Shown here: positions 29,617-39,438 of the stretch, piece by piece
Layout of the letters: each line of letters begins with the position of its first letter
Numbering within the stretch: position 1 is the stretch's first letter
The notes under the pieces: model-generated
The model's database searches: none
Seen by the model: only the letters and a program-made list of their open reading frames with translations
Told to the model about the DNA's origin: nothing
DNA from: a virus
Strand: one strand, 5' to 3'
Virus record (IMG/VR): IMGVR_UViG_3300029267_001718
Span: 15,594-79,593 of that record
Length of the DNA: 64,000 bases
Translations under genes and position numbers: made by a program

Positions 29617-30520
29617 CCACGTTCAGATCCCTTGCCCACTTGCCCCGTGGTTCCACAAAAAGCGAACGGATCACCACCCGTCGCTGTCGATCAAGTTCGG
29701 CGAGCCTCCAACGCTCTGGAAATGTTTCTCGTGCGGCGAGGGCGGCAAGCTGTGGTCGCTGGTCGATTCTGTTGCTACTCTCGGCGAACGTTCGGACCTT
29801 AACGCGTTAGCCGATAATCTGACGGTTAGCGATGAGCCATCGTTGGGAACTCGGCTCGCGTCGGCGATGTCTGGAATCGATTCGTGGAGTCTTCCAACGG
29901 TCAAAACTCAAGTGCGTGTTTTGCAGCCAACGGTGCTCGATAACTTTCGGTTTATTCGGCCAGGATCGGACCCACATCGGTACGTTGTCGACCGAGTGCC
30001 TGAGTCACGGATTGACGAGTTCCAACTGAAGTATGATCTGCACAAAGATAGGGTTGTGTTTCCGATCTTCAACCAAGCACATCAACTGCTCGGGGCGGTC
30101 GGTCGAACGTTGGCCAGTGACCCGCGAAAATATTACAACTACTTCGGTGTCGAAACGGGCAAGTGTTTGGGCGGAGCCGACAAATTTACTGATCGTCCCA
30201 GACTGTTCATCGTTGAGGGATATTTTGACTTGTTGCGTTGTTGGGAGTGGGCGGCTGAACGTGACGCGGATGTGGCGTGCACGTTCAAAGCGGAGATCTC
30301 TCCGGAGCAAGCGGAACTGATCTTGGGTCTCGACAAAACAGTCTCGGTTTGGTATGATAATGACGTTGCTGGAAATCGTGGTTGGGATAAGGCTGAGAAA
30401 ACAATTGGAAAATATTTGATCGGTCTGAAACGAGCACGACTTCCGGAAGACAAAGATGTGGGTGCATTAAGCGAACGGCATTTCAAGCACCTAGTTGACT
30501 CTCTTTATGGAGAATTGTAA
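29543..30520 (+). CDS. DNA primase (Zn-binding domain + TOPRIM)
   Basis: CPLAPWFH...PS...CFSC; IVEGYFD; YDNDVAG; KDVG. Confidence 0.9.
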   Translation: MEWTELKLILNQIGVNTEHLYPNGDHVQIPCPLAPWFHKKRTDHHPSLSIKFGEPPTLWKCFSCGEGGKLWSLVDSVATLGERSDLNALADNLTVSDEPSLGTRLASAMSGIDSWSLPTVKTQVRVLQPTVLDNFRFIRPGSDPHRYVVDRVPESRIDEFQLKYDLHKDRVVFPIFNQAHQLLGAVGRTLASDPRKYYNYFGVETGKCLGGADKFTDRPRLFIVEGYFDLLRCWEWAAERDADVACTFKAEISPEQAELILGLDKTVSVWYDNDVAGNRGWDKAEKTIGKYLIGLKRARLPEDKDVGALSERHFKHLVDSLYGEL

Positions 30521-31227
30521 TGAGCGACGAGCGACCCGATTGGCTGATCGGAACTGGGATCGATGACGCGGACATGTCAGGCGATCCAATTCCCGGGGGT
30601 GGAGCCTTCCAACGTCTCTGGATTCCTCGCGGCGAATCCAAGAAAATCATCTTCGTCACTGGGGGCGGTGAAGCCCCAATTCTTTGGGAACATCAATTCA
30701 ACGTTGGCGGTTCGTGGCAGAACTGGGTGACGTGCGTTGAGCCCTTCGGAATGCCTTGCCAACTCTGTCGGTGGGCGGATGCGACAAGCAAGTTCCGGCG
30801 TTACAAGGGTGCGTTCTTCACGGTCATCGACTGCACCGAATTCAAAGACAAATCCGGTAAGGTTCGGAAGAACGAAAAACGGATTCTGTGTGCGAAGAAA
30901 AAGACGACCGAAATTCTCAAACGGAAACGTCTCGCCCGGGTGGAGGAAGGGCAGGGGTTGAAGGGGGCGATGTTCAACGTTTATCGAACGAACGACGAAC
31001 AATCGCCGAGCGTCGGAGACGACTACGAGTTCATCAAAATGGTGGACTTGAGTGACCTTCCGGTGGATACCGAACCTCACGATTTCAGCACGATGCTGAA
31101 GCCTGATCCCGACAAGGTTGCTGCTGCTGTGCAAAGGCTTGCACGTGAGAGCGGCGGCAAATTTCCTTGGGAGTCGGGTGAAGGGGCGACGACGGCGGAG
31201 GGAACGGATGCCTCCGTCGATTTTTGA
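30520..31227 (+). CDS. Single-stranded DNA-binding protein (phage type)
   Basis: EH...TC....C.LC Zn site; aromatic-rich core; acidic tail ending in F; lies between primase and polymerase. Confidence 0.6.
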   Translation: MSDERPDWLIGTGIDDADMSGDPIPGGGAFQRLWIPRGESKKIIFVTGGGEAPILWEHQFNVGGSWQNWVTCVEPFGMPCQLCRWADATSKFRRYKGAFFTVIDCTEFKDKSGKVRKNEKRILCAKKKTTEILKRKRLARVEEGQGLKGAMFNVYRTNDEQSPSVGDDYEFIKMVDLSDLPVDTEPHDFSTMLKPDPDKVAAAVQRLARESGGKFPWESGEGATTAEGTDASVDF

Positions 31228-31240
31228 TCGGCTGTAGCCA

Positions 31241-31302
31241 GGGATAGCACTTGGGTTCGGTTTGTGGTGAGCCTGTTTCCCCCAAGTGCTATCCCGATTT
31301 TT
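31241..31302 (+). terminator. Perfect 15-bp stem between SSB and polymerase genes (terminator or processing site)
   Basis: GGGATAGCACTTGGG...CCCAAGTGCTATCCC then GATTTTT. Confidence 0.55.
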
Positions 31303-31315
31303 ATCGGATGGTGGA

Positions 31316-33277
31316 ATGAAGACGATGGGCGTCGATACATTCATCGAAATGGCCGAAGAACACGGTGCGTTTGCGTTTGACGTGGAGCACCTTGATACTA
31401 TCCAATTCAATGCGGATGGTTTCAAACTCATAGGCTGCGGATTCGCGACTGAAGGGGCGGAATTCTTTGCGGATACGGACGCGGATATCGAGCGTATCTG
31501 CAAAGCTCTTTTCTACAATCACAACATTCACGCGGTTGCACACAACGCGAAGTATGATATCAAGTGCCTACGTGCGGCGAAACTTATCACGCGATATCCA
31601 GTCAGCTTGCGGTGCACAATGGTCGCGGCGAACCTGTTGGATGACAATAAGCATCCGAATCAACTAGGTTTGAAGCCGCTAGTCTACGACACGTTTGGTC
31701 ATCGGATGATGACTTACAAGGAAGCTATCGAACACGGTCCTCGGTCGAAGGAATTTTACGAGTATGGGTTGGATGACGTTCGTTGGACGTTGAAGCTGTG
31801 GCATAAGTATCATCCGGAACTTGAAAAGCAAAATCTTTGGAACTTGTTCTCTAAGATTGTGATGCCCGCATTGAACGCGTTCTCGGATATGGAGATAGTG
31901 GGTGTCGGTTGGGATCTCTCGGGTGCTCGCGGATTGCTGACGGGGTTCCAGAAACTTCGCGATGATATGGAAGATGCAGTGTTGTCGGAGATCGGCGACT
32001 TGAATCTCGGCTCGGGGGATCAACTGGCGAAGCGACTGTTTGACGAGTTGGGATATTCGACACGGGGTATTCCGATGACGGACAGCGGCAAGCGGTTGTC
32101 GGTCGACGCGAAGGCGATGGATACGTTGGCGAAACGCTATCCGGTTTGTCACAAAATCAAGACGTTTCGCACAGCGTCGAAAATGATAAGCACTTACATT
32201 GAACCTCTCACGCGGATGTGTCTTGAAGACCCGAAGCGGCGAGTGCATCCAACGTTCTGGGTGGTCTCTTCGACAGGGCGAACCCGCTGCACGAATCCGA
32301 ACTTCCAAAACATTCCAGCGTATCTGGCGAAGGAATTCAAGCATCTGAATATTCGGCGGAACGTGATACCGGCAGACGGTCGACGTTTCATTGTCGCGGA
32401 CTTGTCGCAGATCGAACTCCGGTTGTGTGCACACTTCACCCAAGACGCGGCGTTTATGCGTGCCTATCGCGGATGGCAGTGCACGGCGTGCGGAGCGGCG
32501 GGGGATTCAACGGTGATTCTGCACACGTGCCCCGAATGTGGTGCGGACGAAAACGAGAAAATTCTGAATACTTGTCCGAAGTGTGGGGCGAAGCACGTTC
32601 ATGTAGATAAGAAGGCTGGAACGTGTGCAGTTTGTCGTGGGGATTCTTCGTACGATCTTGCGAAGATCCGAGCGTTCTGGCATGGTCTCGACATTCACAC
32701 CGAAACAACTGAAAGCATCGCGGCGTTGCACGGTGACCGGCAGAACGGTAAGCGTGCGAACTTCGCACTGATCTACAATGCCACCGCGAGGAAGATGCAT
32801 GACGAATATCCGGACTTGTCGGTCGATGAGTGGCAGGATGTCATCACGCAATTCTTCGAACACTATCGCGGAGTCCAACGTTGGCACATGCAGATGCAGC
32901 GTCAACTCTACGATACCGGAGTTTGCACTGACATTTTCGGACGACGGCGACGGATCACGGCGAACGAATTACGCAAGTCACCGAAGCACGCGTTGAATCA
33001 ATTCGTCAATTTTCCGATCCAGGCGAGTGCGTGCAATCTCATCATGCTGGCAATCGTGAAACTGCGTGAGTTGTTCATCGATAAAGGATGGTGGGAGCGT
33101 CGGGTTTGGCTGACGAACTTCGTTCACGACGAGATCATTTTGGAAGTGCCGGATAAGGATTCGGTAATCGCGGATGTGATTGACGACGTGCAAGCGGTGA
33201 CGGAGCACGTCGTTCAATTGCGAGTACCTCTGCGAATGGATTTCGACATTGCAGACAACTGGGGAATCAAAGGATGA
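31316..33277 (+). CDS. polA: Family A DNA polymerase with 3'-5' exonuclease and Zn-ribbon insertion
   Basis: ExoI FDVE, ExoII HNAKYD, ExoIII YGLDD; TGRT...PNFQNIP; motif A DLSQIELR; motif B KRANFALIY; motif C VHDE. Confidence 0.92.
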   Translation: MKTMGVDTFIEMAEEHGAFAFDVEHLDTIQFNADGFKLIGCGFATEGAEFFADTDADIERICKALFYNHNIHAVAHNAKYDIKCLRAAKLITRYPVSLRCTMVAANLLDDNKHPNQLGLKPLVYDTFGHRMMTYKEAIEHGPRSKEFYEYGLDDVRWTLKLWHKYHPELEKQNLWNLFSKIVMPALNAFSDMEIVGVGWDLSGARGLLTGFQKLRDDMEDAVLSEIGDLNLGSGDQLAKRLFDELGYSTRGIPMTDSGKRLSVDAKAMDTLAKRYPVCHKIKTFRTASKMISTYIEPLTRMCLEDPKRRVHPTFWVVSSTGRTRCTNPNFQNIPAYLAKEFKHLNIRRNVIPADGRRFIVADLSQIELRLCAHFTQDAAFMRAYRGWQCTACGAAGDSTVILHTCPECGADENEKILNTCPKCGAKHVHVDKKAGTCAVCRGDSSYDLAKIRAFWHGLDIHTETTESIAALHGDRQNGKRANFALIYNATARKMHDEYPDLSVDEWQDVITQFFEHYRGVQRWHMQMQRQLYDTGVCTDIFGRRRRITANELRKSPKHALNQFVNFPIQASACNLIMLAIVKLRELFIDKGWWERRVWLTNFVHDEIILEVPDKDSVIADVIDDVQAVTEHVVQLRVPLRMDFDIADNWGIKG

Positions 33278-33352
33278 ATCGATGCCCAGCACTGGTCCCT
33301 GGAGCGGCTTTTGGCATCCATCCCCGTGAAGGGGGCCAGTGCCTTTTGTAAC

Positions 33353-34723
33353 ATGACGCACGAACTAAAACTAGACCGACTATTGTGGATTCCGGAAGCT
33401 GCGGCGGATGTAGAAAAGCTGAAGTCGGAACTGACGATTCATACCGAAACCTACCGAGGGGCGTCGGCGACACTGGAACTCTATGAGCATCCCGGTGAAG
33501 TCATTGGCGTTCCTCGCATGTGGGGTTTGGATCAGTTCAAGAATGATCCGACTGTTCACGTGGTGGATAATACTTCGTATCCACACATCGAGTGGCCGGA
33601 ACCGAAGTGCGATTGGCGTAAGGGTCAACTCCCTGCGGTGACTGAACTCGTAGCGTCGTTCAATCCAATAGACAACGTTTATGGTGCTCGACTTGAAGCG
33701 GCGTGCGGATTCGGCAAAACGTTGGTTGGTTTGGCAGTAGCATCGTTGCTGCACACTCCGACTTTGATCCTCGTTCACAAGGAAGACTTGGCGGGACAAT
33801 GGCACAAGACTGCCGAGGATCTGATCCCGGGTGCACGGGGCGGACACGTCCAAGCAAATAAATGGCGATATCAGGATTGTCATTTCGTTACAGCGATGGC
33901 ACAAACGTTGTATTCGCGAAGGCTGGAGCTACCGTTGGATTTCGCTCGACACTTCGGTTTGGTCATCTACGATGAGGGTCATCGATATCCAGCAAAAACG
34001 TTTGAACGCGTGATGCGAATTCCCGAGGCACGCTATCGGTTGGCGGTGTCGGCGACGTGGAGACGTAAGGACGGGTGCGAGTGCATCTGGCACTGGCACG
34101 TTGGCGACATTCAACACCGAGCGAATGCGGAAACGCTCTCAGGTGAATACGTTCAAGTGTTGTGGAAGACCAACGTTCGTGATTCGATGTTTCGTTTCGG
34201 GCGGAAGATCAACACGGCGAGATATATCAATTCGATTTCAAAGAACGCGAAATTTAACGCGTGGCTCGCGGAGCAAGCGGTCGCGGGCGTGAAGGCTGGT
34301 CGTCGCGTGCTCTTGGTATCTGATCGGCTCGACCAATTGGAGTGGATTCGTGCACGAATTCTGAAGGATGGCGAGTCGCTGACGATTGGACGATACACGG
34401 GTAAAATTCCGAACGGTAAAAAGGGACGGCGACCAACGGAAACTGAACTCAAGGAAGCGGCGTCGTGCGATCTGATCTTGGCGACGTATGGAATGATGGC
34501 GGAGGGAACAGACATTCCGGAACTCGATACGCTGATCTTCGGAACACCCCGGGCGGACGTTCAGCAAGTGGTTGGTCGGATTCAACGTCCGGTTGACAAG
34601 AAGCGATTGCTGATCGTCGATCCCGTCTTCTCGACTCCGTATAATCAGAACCTTGCGACGAAACGGGAAAAGACCTATCAAAAACTTGATTTTGTACCTC
34701 AAATTAAGGAGCGACGGAAATGA
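33353..34723 (+). CDS. Superfamily 2 (DExH) helicase
   Basis: ACGFGKT, DEGH, SAT, EGTDIP, QVVGRIQR. Confidence 0.88.
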   Translation: MTHELKLDRLLWIPEAAADVEKLKSELTIHTETYRGASATLELYEHPGEVIGVPRMWGLDQFKNDPTVHVVDNTSYPHIEWPEPKCDWRKGQLPAVTELVASFNPIDNVYGARLEAACGFGKTLVGLAVASLLHTPTLILVHKEDLAGQWHKTAEDLIPGARGGHVQANKWRYQDCHFVTAMAQTLYSRRLELPLDFARHFGLVIYDEGHRYPAKTFERVMRIPEARYRLAVSATWRRKDGCECIWHWHVGDIQHRANAETLSGEYVQVLWKTNVRDSMFRFGRKINTARYINSISKNAKFNAWLAEQAVAGVKAGRRVLLVSDRLDQLEWIRARILKDGESLTIGRYTGKIPNGKKGRRPTETELKEAASCDLILATYGMMAEGTDIPELDTLIFGTPRADVQQVVGRIQRPVDKKRLLIVDPVFSTPYNQNLATKREKTYQKLDFVPQIKERRK

Positions 34724-35097
34724 GTGAGAGCAGTGATGTCGGTTCGAAAATCTCAACGGATGCTTTGACTTCTGCGAAGTCTGAGCGTCGAATGTTGACG
34801 GTCACGAAAATGTACCACCGTAGCGGCGTGCTCGACCGCGAGGAAAGCGATGACGAACCTCTTGAGGTTGAAGTCCCCGCTGCGGATGTTCCTCTCGCGT
34901 CGGTAGGGTTCGGCGTGCGGATGACGGTGAACATGGGAAACTACGAGACGGTTCAGGTTGGAGTCAATGCCCAACTGCCGTGCTACGTGGAAGAAATGGA
35001 TGACGCACTAACGACGGCGAAGAATTTCGTGGACGTGCGTTTGAACAAGGAAGTGAAGGCACTGCGGGACTACCGAAAGGAACGGGACGCATCGTGA
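34720..35097 (+). CDS. Hypothetical protein
   Basis: AAGGAG RBS; TVNMGNYETV motif common in small phage replication-region proteins. Confidence 0.55.
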   Translation: MSESSDVGSKISTDALTSAKSERRMLTVTKMYHRSGVLDREESDDEPLEVEVPAADVPLASVGFGVRMTVNMGNYETVQVGVNAQLPCYVEEMDDALTTAKNFVDVRLNKEVKALRDYRKERDAS

Positions 35098-36188
35098 GCG
35101 ATTCTGACGAAACGACATTGGATCGCGTGAAGTCGTGGATGGATGCGATCAACAAAACGTACAAGGGTGAAGTCGTTGAAGTCGGCGGGAATTTCGGTGC
35201 GTTGAGTTTGCACCGATTTTCCAGCGGGGTTATCGACTTGGATTGTGCTCTTGGTGGAGGTTGGCCGTTTGGACGGACGATGGTCATCGCGGGCGACGAG
35301 TCGACGGGGAAAACGCTGAAGGTTCTGAAGGCGTTCGAACAAATCGAAAACTACGATCACAAGACGCGGCTCCACAGGTCGCTGGTCGATCCGGAAAAGT
35401 TCGAACCTGGGAAGGGTCTCTTCATCGACTTGGAGGGTGCGTTCGATATTGATTGGGCGATCCGAAACGGATTCAATCCGGATAGCCACATAGTCGCCCG
35501 TCCCGAATATGCGGAGCAAGCGGTCGATATCGTCACTGCGGCTATTCGCGAGAACGTCTTCGATCTGATCGCAATTGATTCCATTGCCCAAATGACCCCC
35601 GCGAAAGAGATCGAACAGTCCTCTGAAGATACGCTAGTTGGTGCAGCCGCGAGGTTGCTCAATCGGGCGATGCGTACGTGGACGGCGAGCCTCAACCGTA
35701 TGAGCCAGGAATCTTCCACGGGCGGTCCAGCGATTATTTGTCTGAATCAATTCCGTATCAATATCGGGCAGATGTTTGGCGATCCTCGCACACTCCCGGG
35801 CGGACGTGCACAGCGATTCGCGGCGTCGATTATCGTCTACACGAAATCGGCGAAAATCAGCGACGATACGGACAAAGAAACAGCCATCGGCGAATACGGC
35901 GGGGTGGTGCATAAGAATAAGACTTACATCCCCCGATTGAACTTCGCCTATCGTATGGCGTTGAAGGAAACGGACGGATGGCCAGCGTGCCAAGTCGACA
36001 ATCTTTCGCGGATGCTGAAAGCTGGAAAACGTTACGGGCTGATCGTCACTGAAAAGGGCAAGACCCTGTTTGGCGATCTGAAATTTCCCACTCAAAAAGC
36101 ACTGATGGAACAAGTCGCCAAGGATGCCGAACTGTATCGACTCTTGTGGTTGGCGATCTGCGAAGCTGCTGCAGCCAAACGAAGATGA
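35094..36188 (+). CDS. recA: RecA-family recombinase
   Basis: SSGVIDLDCALGGGWPFGR...GDESTGKT...FIDLE...IDSIA...NQFR...PGG.A..F. Confidence 0.92.
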   Translation: MSDSDETTLDRVKSWMDAINKTYKGEVVEVGGNFGALSLHRFSSGVIDLDCALGGGWPFGRTMVIAGDESTGKTLKVLKAFEQIENYDHKTRLHRSLVDPEKFEPGKGLFIDLEGAFDIDWAIRNGFNPDSHIVARPEYAEQAVDIVTAAIRENVFDLIAIDSIAQMTPAKEIEQSSEDTLVGAAARLLNRAMRTWTASLNRMSQESSTGGPAIICLNQFRINIGQMFGDPRTLPGGRAQRFAASIIVYTKSAKISDDTDKETAIGEYGGVVHKNKTYIPRLNFAYRMALKETDGWPACQVDNLSRMLKAGKRYGLIVTEKGKTLFGDLKFPTQKALMEQVAKDAELYRLLWLAICEAAAAKRR

Positions 36189-36631
36189 CGAAAGAATTTC
36201 GATTCGCTGATCGGGAACCCAAAAAGCCGGGAACCCAAACACCACTTGGCTCGCAAAAACACAAGTCTGTGAAAGCTCGGACGCTGCAGACGGAGCGTGA
36301 CGCTGCGGACACGCTTGGTGGTGTCGCTCAACCGGCGAGCGGTGCTATGGAAGCCCACAAGGGCGATATTCGCTTGGATGATATTCTTTTGGATTCGAAG
36401 GAAACCGAAGGGCAAGTCATCAACGTAACCAAACGGGATCTCGTGAAAATCTGTCGGGAAGCGTTTGAGATCGGCAAGCACCCGGGAATCGTTGTCAAAA
36501 TGAACGGGGTAGCAACTACTGTCCCGAAGACCTGGGTCATGCTGCCGATTACGGTCATTGCTTACATGCTGGAACGTGGACAAGGCGAGGGCTTATCCGA
36601 TGTCGATTCTGGATGGGATGAGGGAACTTGA
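36185..36631 (+). CDS. Holliday junction resolvase-like PD-(D/E)XK nuclease
   Basis: E...QPASGA...KGDI...DSKET. Confidence 0.65.
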   Translation: MTKEFRFADREPKKPGTQTPLGSQKHKSVKARTLQTERDAADTLGGVAQPASGAMEAHKGDIRLDDILLDSKETEGQVINVTKRDLVKICREAFEIGKHPGIVVKMNGVATTVPKTWVMLPITVIAYMLERGQGEGLSDVDSGWDEGT

Positions 36632-37631
36632 CGCCGAGCGGAAACGTGATGTCGAAATCGACTCACCCGCGAAGTATTGTCACCTTGAAAAAGCAATCAA
36701 GGTTTGGCTGAACTCACGTCCCCCACGTGAGCCGGGAACGGACTGGCTTAGGGCGTCCGGTCTTCATTCGCTGTGTCCTCGGCAGTTCGTGTTGAATTAT
36801 TGGCATCCTCGCCCACACGTGCAGTTTGATTGGGCGAGCATCCTACGGATGAACATCGGATCGTATCTGCATTATTTCATGCAGAATCAAGTGCTAGGGC
36901 CGATGGGCGTTCTCTACGGGACATGGTGGAACAAAAAGACTGGGGTGAGGGTTGGCGGATTTCACCCTGAGCCCGAAGTCGATTGGGATACGACGGAAAT
37001 CACCTGGGAATTTCAAGAGGAAACGGTTCGCGACGAACACCTTCGAATTGAAGGGCACTTGGACGGAATGGTCAGCGTGGAGCGGATAGCGTACCTCTAC
37101 GAAATGGGCGATCTGCACAAACGCGATCCAGAGGAATGCATGAGGCGAATGTGGTCGATGTCGGCGGGGACACTCGTCCCGTTCGAACTGAAGACCGTGA
37201 GCAATTACGGCTACACTCTCTTGGAAGGCCCGAAGGATATCGCGGGCTATTACAAAATGCAATCGTGCATCTACCAGAAACTCAAGGGCGAAAAACGGAT
37301 GGTGTTCCTCTTCATCAACCGAGACACGGTCGCCAGCAAAACGATGCTCTACAACTATGAGCCTGGGTGGTGGCGTGATGCGAAACGAAAAGCACAAATC
37401 GTTTGGGAAGCAATTCGTGATGAGACGCTTCCGGAAAACGGAATGAAGTGTCATACACCTACAGACAAGCGTGCGAAGAACTGCCTGTTCCACCACCCGT
37501 GTTGGCTGGCGGAACCGAGCGACTTTCGAACGTACGTTGAGGAAGGAAAAATTCGTGCTGACGAATCTGGTCGCAAGCTGCTTGACTTGTCGAAGTGGAG
37601 CGGTCGGGTTGACTTGATTGAAGTCCTGTAG
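36600..37631 (+). CDS. Cas4/RecB-like exonuclease (likely Fe-S)
   Basis: RAS...CPR; GHLDG; ELKT; QSCIY; C-terminal C...C.F...C. Confidence 0.75.
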   Translation: MSILDGMRELDAERKRDVEIDSPAKYCHLEKAIKVWLNSRPPREPGTDWLRASGLHSLCPRQFVLNYWHPRPHVQFDWASILRMNIGSYLHYFMQNQVLGPMGVLYGTWWNKKTGVRVGGFHPEPEVDWDTTEITWEFQEETVRDEHLRIEGHLDGMVSVERIAYLYEMGDLHKRDPEECMRRMWSMSAGTLVPFELKTVSNYGYTLLEGPKDIAGYYKMQSCIYQKLKGEKRMVFLFINRDTVASKTMLYNYEPGWWRDAKRKAQIVWEAIRDETLPENGMKCHTPTDKRAKNCLFHHPCWLAEPSDFRTYVEEGKIRADESGRKLLDLSKWSGRVDLIEVL

Positions 37632-37643
37632 TATTCTCAGGTT

Positions 37644-38438
37644 ATGAATACTACAGTACATAACAAACGTGTCTCGGATGATGACATTCGCAAGGCTTAC
37701 AGACTGGCACCGACTTTGCGTGTTGGTGCTCAACTCGTAGGATTATGTCCGCAATCATTCCACGAACGGGTGAAGCGATTGATTCCGCAGGATGAGCAAC
37801 GGAACACCAATTGGACTGCTGCGGAAATTCAGCGACTTCGCGACTACTACACAAATACGGATTCGAAACGATTCAGCATCAAAACGATAGCGAAACGTTT
37901 GCAGCGTCCGTATTCGGGCGTAGCTCTCATGGCTTCGCGACTCGGGTTGACTCAACAGAATCGACCAATGAGCGATGAGCATCATCGGAAAGTCACCGAA
38001 GCCAATCACGAACGCTGTGGATCGTCCCCATTTTCACAGACCAAAAAAGGGCGGCGATCCGATCTTGGCGATGCGTTTTTCCGTAGTGCCTGGGAGGCAA
38101 ACTACGCTCGATACCTTAACCTCATGGTCGAGGAAGGACTTATTTGGAAGTGGGAATACGAACCGGAAACGTACTGGTTCCATAAGATCAAGCGGGGAAC
38201 GCGATCCTATCTTCCCGATTTCAAAGTTTGGCCGATTCCCAACGCAGAGGGGATTTTCTATCTCGTCGAAGTTAAGGGTTACATGGACCCTGTTTCAAAA
38301 ACAAAGCTCAAGCGAATGCGGCGATACTACCCGCACATCACGCTTTTACTTTTGGAACGAAAAGTTTATAGGCGAATGTCGAAAATCTACGGTGAACTCA
38401 TTCCAAATTGGGAGTTCGCCAAGTCCGAAAAGAAATGA
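37644..38438 (+). CDS. PD-(D/E)XK endonuclease with N-terminal HTH-like domains (possible homing endonuclease)
   Basis: FRSAWEANYARYL...WEYEP...YLPDF...VEVKGY. Confidence 0.7.
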   Translation: MNTTVHNKRVSDDDIRKAYRLAPTLRVGAQLVGLCPQSFHERVKRLIPQDEQRNTNWTAAEIQRLRDYYTNTDSKRFSIKTIAKRLQRPYSGVALMASRLGLTQQNRPMSDEHHRKVTEANHERCGSSPFSQTKKGRRSDLGDAFFRSAWEANYARYLNLMVEEGLIWKWEYEPETYWFHKIKRGTRSYLPDFKVWPIPNAEGIFYLVEVKGYMDPVSKTKLKRMRRYYPHITLLLLERKVYRRMSKIYGELIPNWEFAKSEKK

Positions 38439-38596
38439 CTTTTGGATTCTTTGCAAAAATTTTGCCTTGCCGACGATGCTCAAGTGGTAGAAGTGAAAGC
38501 CCGTAAAATACGCACTTCAGAGCCATGCATCGTAGTCCGGATAGATGAAATCCGGCCAGCCCGCTGAAAAATTTTTGGATTTTTCAGGAATTCCCC

Positions 38597-38625
38597 TTGC
38601 AATCATCGCCGATACCGGCTATATT
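38597..38625 (+). promoter_or_regulatory. Early promoter with operator box GCCGATACCGGC (38608-38619)
   Basis: TTGCAA-17 bp-TATATT; motif repeated at five other sites. Confidence 0.8.
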
Positions 38626-38673
38626 TCAAACATGCGAAACACATTCACCACCACCGCAAACGGGACCAAAACC

Positions 38674-39063
38674 ATGTCGCTTAAATCGCAAGCCCTCGCA
38701 CGTCAACAAAAAATCGCCGAATTCAACGAAGCCGAAATCGCGAATGAAATTGCTGCAATCCGCAAGGAGATGGCGAAAATCAACCGCATGATTGATCGTG
38801 CAACCGATCCCGTGAATAAAGCCGTGCGGACTATCAACCGTTGGATCGATCTGAACAACTACAACGGGTTTGACGACGACGCCCAAAAGCGTGAAATGGC
38901 GACAGCCGCTCTCAACGCGTGGAACGGTCTGACCGATCTGGAACGGTTGAGCATCCGATCCACCAAACGCATTCTCAACGAATTGGTGAAGTGGTCGTCT
39001 GATCCCTTTGCTTACGCTATTCCTCGGGACCGTGTAACGGATGCTCACATTCTCCGACGTTAA
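38674..39063 (+). CDS. Hypothetical early protein
   Basis: Downstream of the promoter with ACCACCAC leader; alternative start at 38632. Confidence 0.55.
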   Translation: MSLKSQALARQQKIAEFNEAEIANEIAAIRKEMAKINRMIDRATDPVNKAVRTINRWIDLNNYNGFDDDAQKREMATAALNAWNGLTDLERLSIRSTKRILNELVKWSSDPFAYAIPRDRVTDAHILRR

Positions 39064-39104
39064 ACCGAACGCGAAACGAATCACCACCATACCGGAGCCG
39101 AACG

Positions 39105-39404
39105 ATGAACCACGAAAATCAAAATTTCGATCAGCTGGCCGACAAACTACGCGAATCCTTCGATCTGCCAATCGAAGCGAAATCGGTCGAAGATGGCGTG
39201 CTCTTTCTGGAGCGATACTTCGATGACGACGCTAACCTCACCCACGATTGCGAAGTCGCTCTGAGCGTGCTGTGGGATGACGACTCGTTCGGCTACGTGC
39301 TCGGCCACAGCAACCAATACCGGGGACGGCGAGGCTTGCCCCGTCTGGCATTCGATACCGTAGAAGACGCGGTCGACTTCGTTCTCTCTTGCGGCGTGAT
39401 CTAG
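39105..39404 (+). CDS. Hypothetical early protein
   Basis: ACCACCA...CGGAG leader. Confidence 0.55.
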   Translation: MNHENQNFDQLADKLRESFDLPIEAKSVEDGVLFLERYFDDDANLTHDCEVALSVLWDDDSFGYVLGHSNQYRGRRGLPRLAFDTVEDAVDFVLSCGVI

Positions 39405-39438
39405 GAAACAACACGCACCACCACACGGGATTGAACCG

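Noticed and set aside
32471-32683. Intein or intron in polA
   Set aside because: The insert is short, in frame, and lacks an intein N-terminal block and His-Asn terminus
36600-37631. Cas4-like gene as part of a CRISPR-Cas system
   Set aside because: It is a solo gene in a RecA/resolvase recombination module, as is common in phages
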